From positions 4,009,560-4,047,531 of the forward strand of contig CP070695.1 in assembly GCA_020353515.1 (NCBI GenBank): DNA of 37,972 nt, given 5' to 3'. The position numbers were made by a program, and so were the translations under genes. The notes beneath the pieces were generated by a model that saw only the letters and a list, made by a program, of their open reading frames with translations, was not told where the DNA came from and did no database searches. Within the stretch, counting starts at the first letter, position 1, and the number at the start of each line of letters is the position of its first letter. This document shows positions 36,874-37,972 of this stretch, piece after piece. The stretch is from Candidatus Heimdallarchaeota archaeon (GTDB lineage Archaea; Asgardarchaeota; Heimdallarchaeia; Hodarchaeales; Hodarchaeaceae).

Positions 36874-37060
36874 ACTTTCATTTCAATTGATTCAAATATA
36901 CGTTTTACTATCTTTAAGCCGGAAAAAACGCGGGATCTTTCTCAGGATTCAGCTATTTAAGTTTTTCTATCGTTTTCTCATGTACTAACAATAGTACCAA
37001 AAAAAGTCTATGGTAGACTCTTCAAGTATTATTTATAGTAGAGAGAAAGAATTTCTCTTT

Positions 37061-37972
37061 ATGGCATCCTCTTTTATCAAAGGATTAGATCTCAGCAGAC
37101 GATTTTTCGAGGAAGTAGTGAAAGGTATTCTTGAGAAACACTTCGCTACAGTAAAATATGACGCCTCACTAATAGGTTCAGGGTCAGAAGTTTTTGGTTT
37201 CGATGACGAGATTTCCACAGATCATCATTGGGGACCTAGAATTCAATTATTTCTCAGTGAAACTGATCATAAAAAATTTTCGAAAGAGATACACTCTGTA
37301 CTCAGTAAAGAATTACCCTATGAATTTCATGGGTTTTCAACAAATTGGAGTGACCCAGATCCACAGGATTCCATGACCCAGCTATTGGAACCTATTTCTT
37401 CGGGCCTCGTAAATCATAGAGTGGACATTTATACCATAAAATCTTATCTCAACCAACACCTCGACATCCAATCGGTTCAACTATCAGATATTGAATGGTT
37501 GATGTTGTCAGAGCAGAGATTATTAGAGTTTACGAGTGGACAAGTGTTCTATAACAAGCTTGGACAGCTAGATAAGGCTCGAGCAGCGTTACATTATTTT
37601 CCAAAGAATGTTTGGTATTTCAAGCTCATGGCTGAATGGGATCATATAACAGAAGAAATTGCATTTGTCGGCCGAACTGGGATGATTGGTGACGATTTGG
37701 GATCCCGAATTGAAGCTTCCAGGCTTGTACGGTATATTATACGATTAACGTTCTTACTTCATAACACATACATACCTTATCCCAAATGGCTTTCTCTCGC
37801 ATTTTCTCAATTACCCATCGCAAACAAGCTGCAACCAATTCTAATCAAGATTCTGAAAGAAGATGACTGGAGAAACAGAGAGAAGTTATTATGCGAGGCT
37901 TATCTACTACTCTTAGAAAAGCAAAATAATCTAAACATTACTCCAAAAATCATATTGAAAACAGGTAAATAC
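37061..37972 (+). CDS. DUF4037-like protein (nucleotidyltransferase-like N-terminus), truncated by the window end
   Basis: Manual translation MASSFIKGLDLSRRFFEEVV...IGSGSEVFGFDDEISTDHHWGPRIQLFL...PYPKW, open to the edge; TTTATA at 37032-37037; alternative in-frame ATG at 37010. Confidence 0.85.
   Translation, partial: MASSFIKGLDLSRRFFEEVVKGILEKHFATVKYDASLIGSGSEVFGFDDEISTDHHWGPRIQLFLSETDHKKFSKEIHSVLSKELPYEFHGFSTNWSDPDPQDSMTQLLEPISSGLVNHRVDIYTIKSYLNQHLDIQSVQLSDIEWLMLSEQRLLEFTSGQVFYNKLGQLDKARAALHYFPKNVWYFKLMAEWDHITEEIAFVGRTGMIGDDLGSRIEASRLVRYIIRLTFLLHNTYIPYPKWLSLAFSQLPIANKLQPILIKILKEDDWRNREKLLCEAYLLLLEKQNNLNITPKIILKTGKY

Noticed and set aside
36782-36988. 68-aa ORF in the intergenic spacer
   Set aside because: It overlaps the start of the divergent gene, has low-complexity AT-driven composition and spans probable promoter sequence.
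2505-37376. Many 60-161 aa ORFs nested in or antisense to long genes (e.g. 4289..4507, 20932..21417, 35555..35869, 37033..37218, 37194..37376)
   Set aside because: They overlap well-supported CDSs and carry no motifs.
1-37972. tRNA, rRNA, riboswitch or defence-system genes
   Set aside because: Intergenic spacers are short and AT-rich with no recognisable structured RNA, and the TPR and WD40 proteins lack NTPase or nuclease effector domains. A covariance-model scan would be needed to exclude small RNAs.

Overview
Gene-dense, AT-rich archaeal-type window with about 27 real CDSs. I found no rRNA, tRNA, CRISPR array or mobile element. TATA-like boxes, apparently leaderless starts, an Arf-like small GTPase and many C-terminally anchored surface proteins point to an Asgard archaeon, plausibly Heimdallarchaeia/Hodarchaeales; this is inference. 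Two real CDSs are missing from the ORF track because they run off the window edges: a circularly permuted family-5 ABC solute-binding protein (<1..1909, minus) and a DUF4037-like protein (37061..>37972, plus). Main points of interest: (1) a small candidate regulon at 28.1-30.6 kb, where a near-identical 30-bp TATA+operator element precedes both an HTH/Cys regulator and one of two paralogous surface proteins; (2) a TrmB-like regulator overlapping an Arf-like GTPase with a non-canonical G3 box, converging on a large TPR protein; (3) a corrinoid protein plus MtmB homologue carrying Lys at the pyrrolysine position; (4) two secreted WD40-serine hydrolase fusions in which most WD motifs read WN-x-S/T. 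Family names come from motif recognition only; no database search was run.
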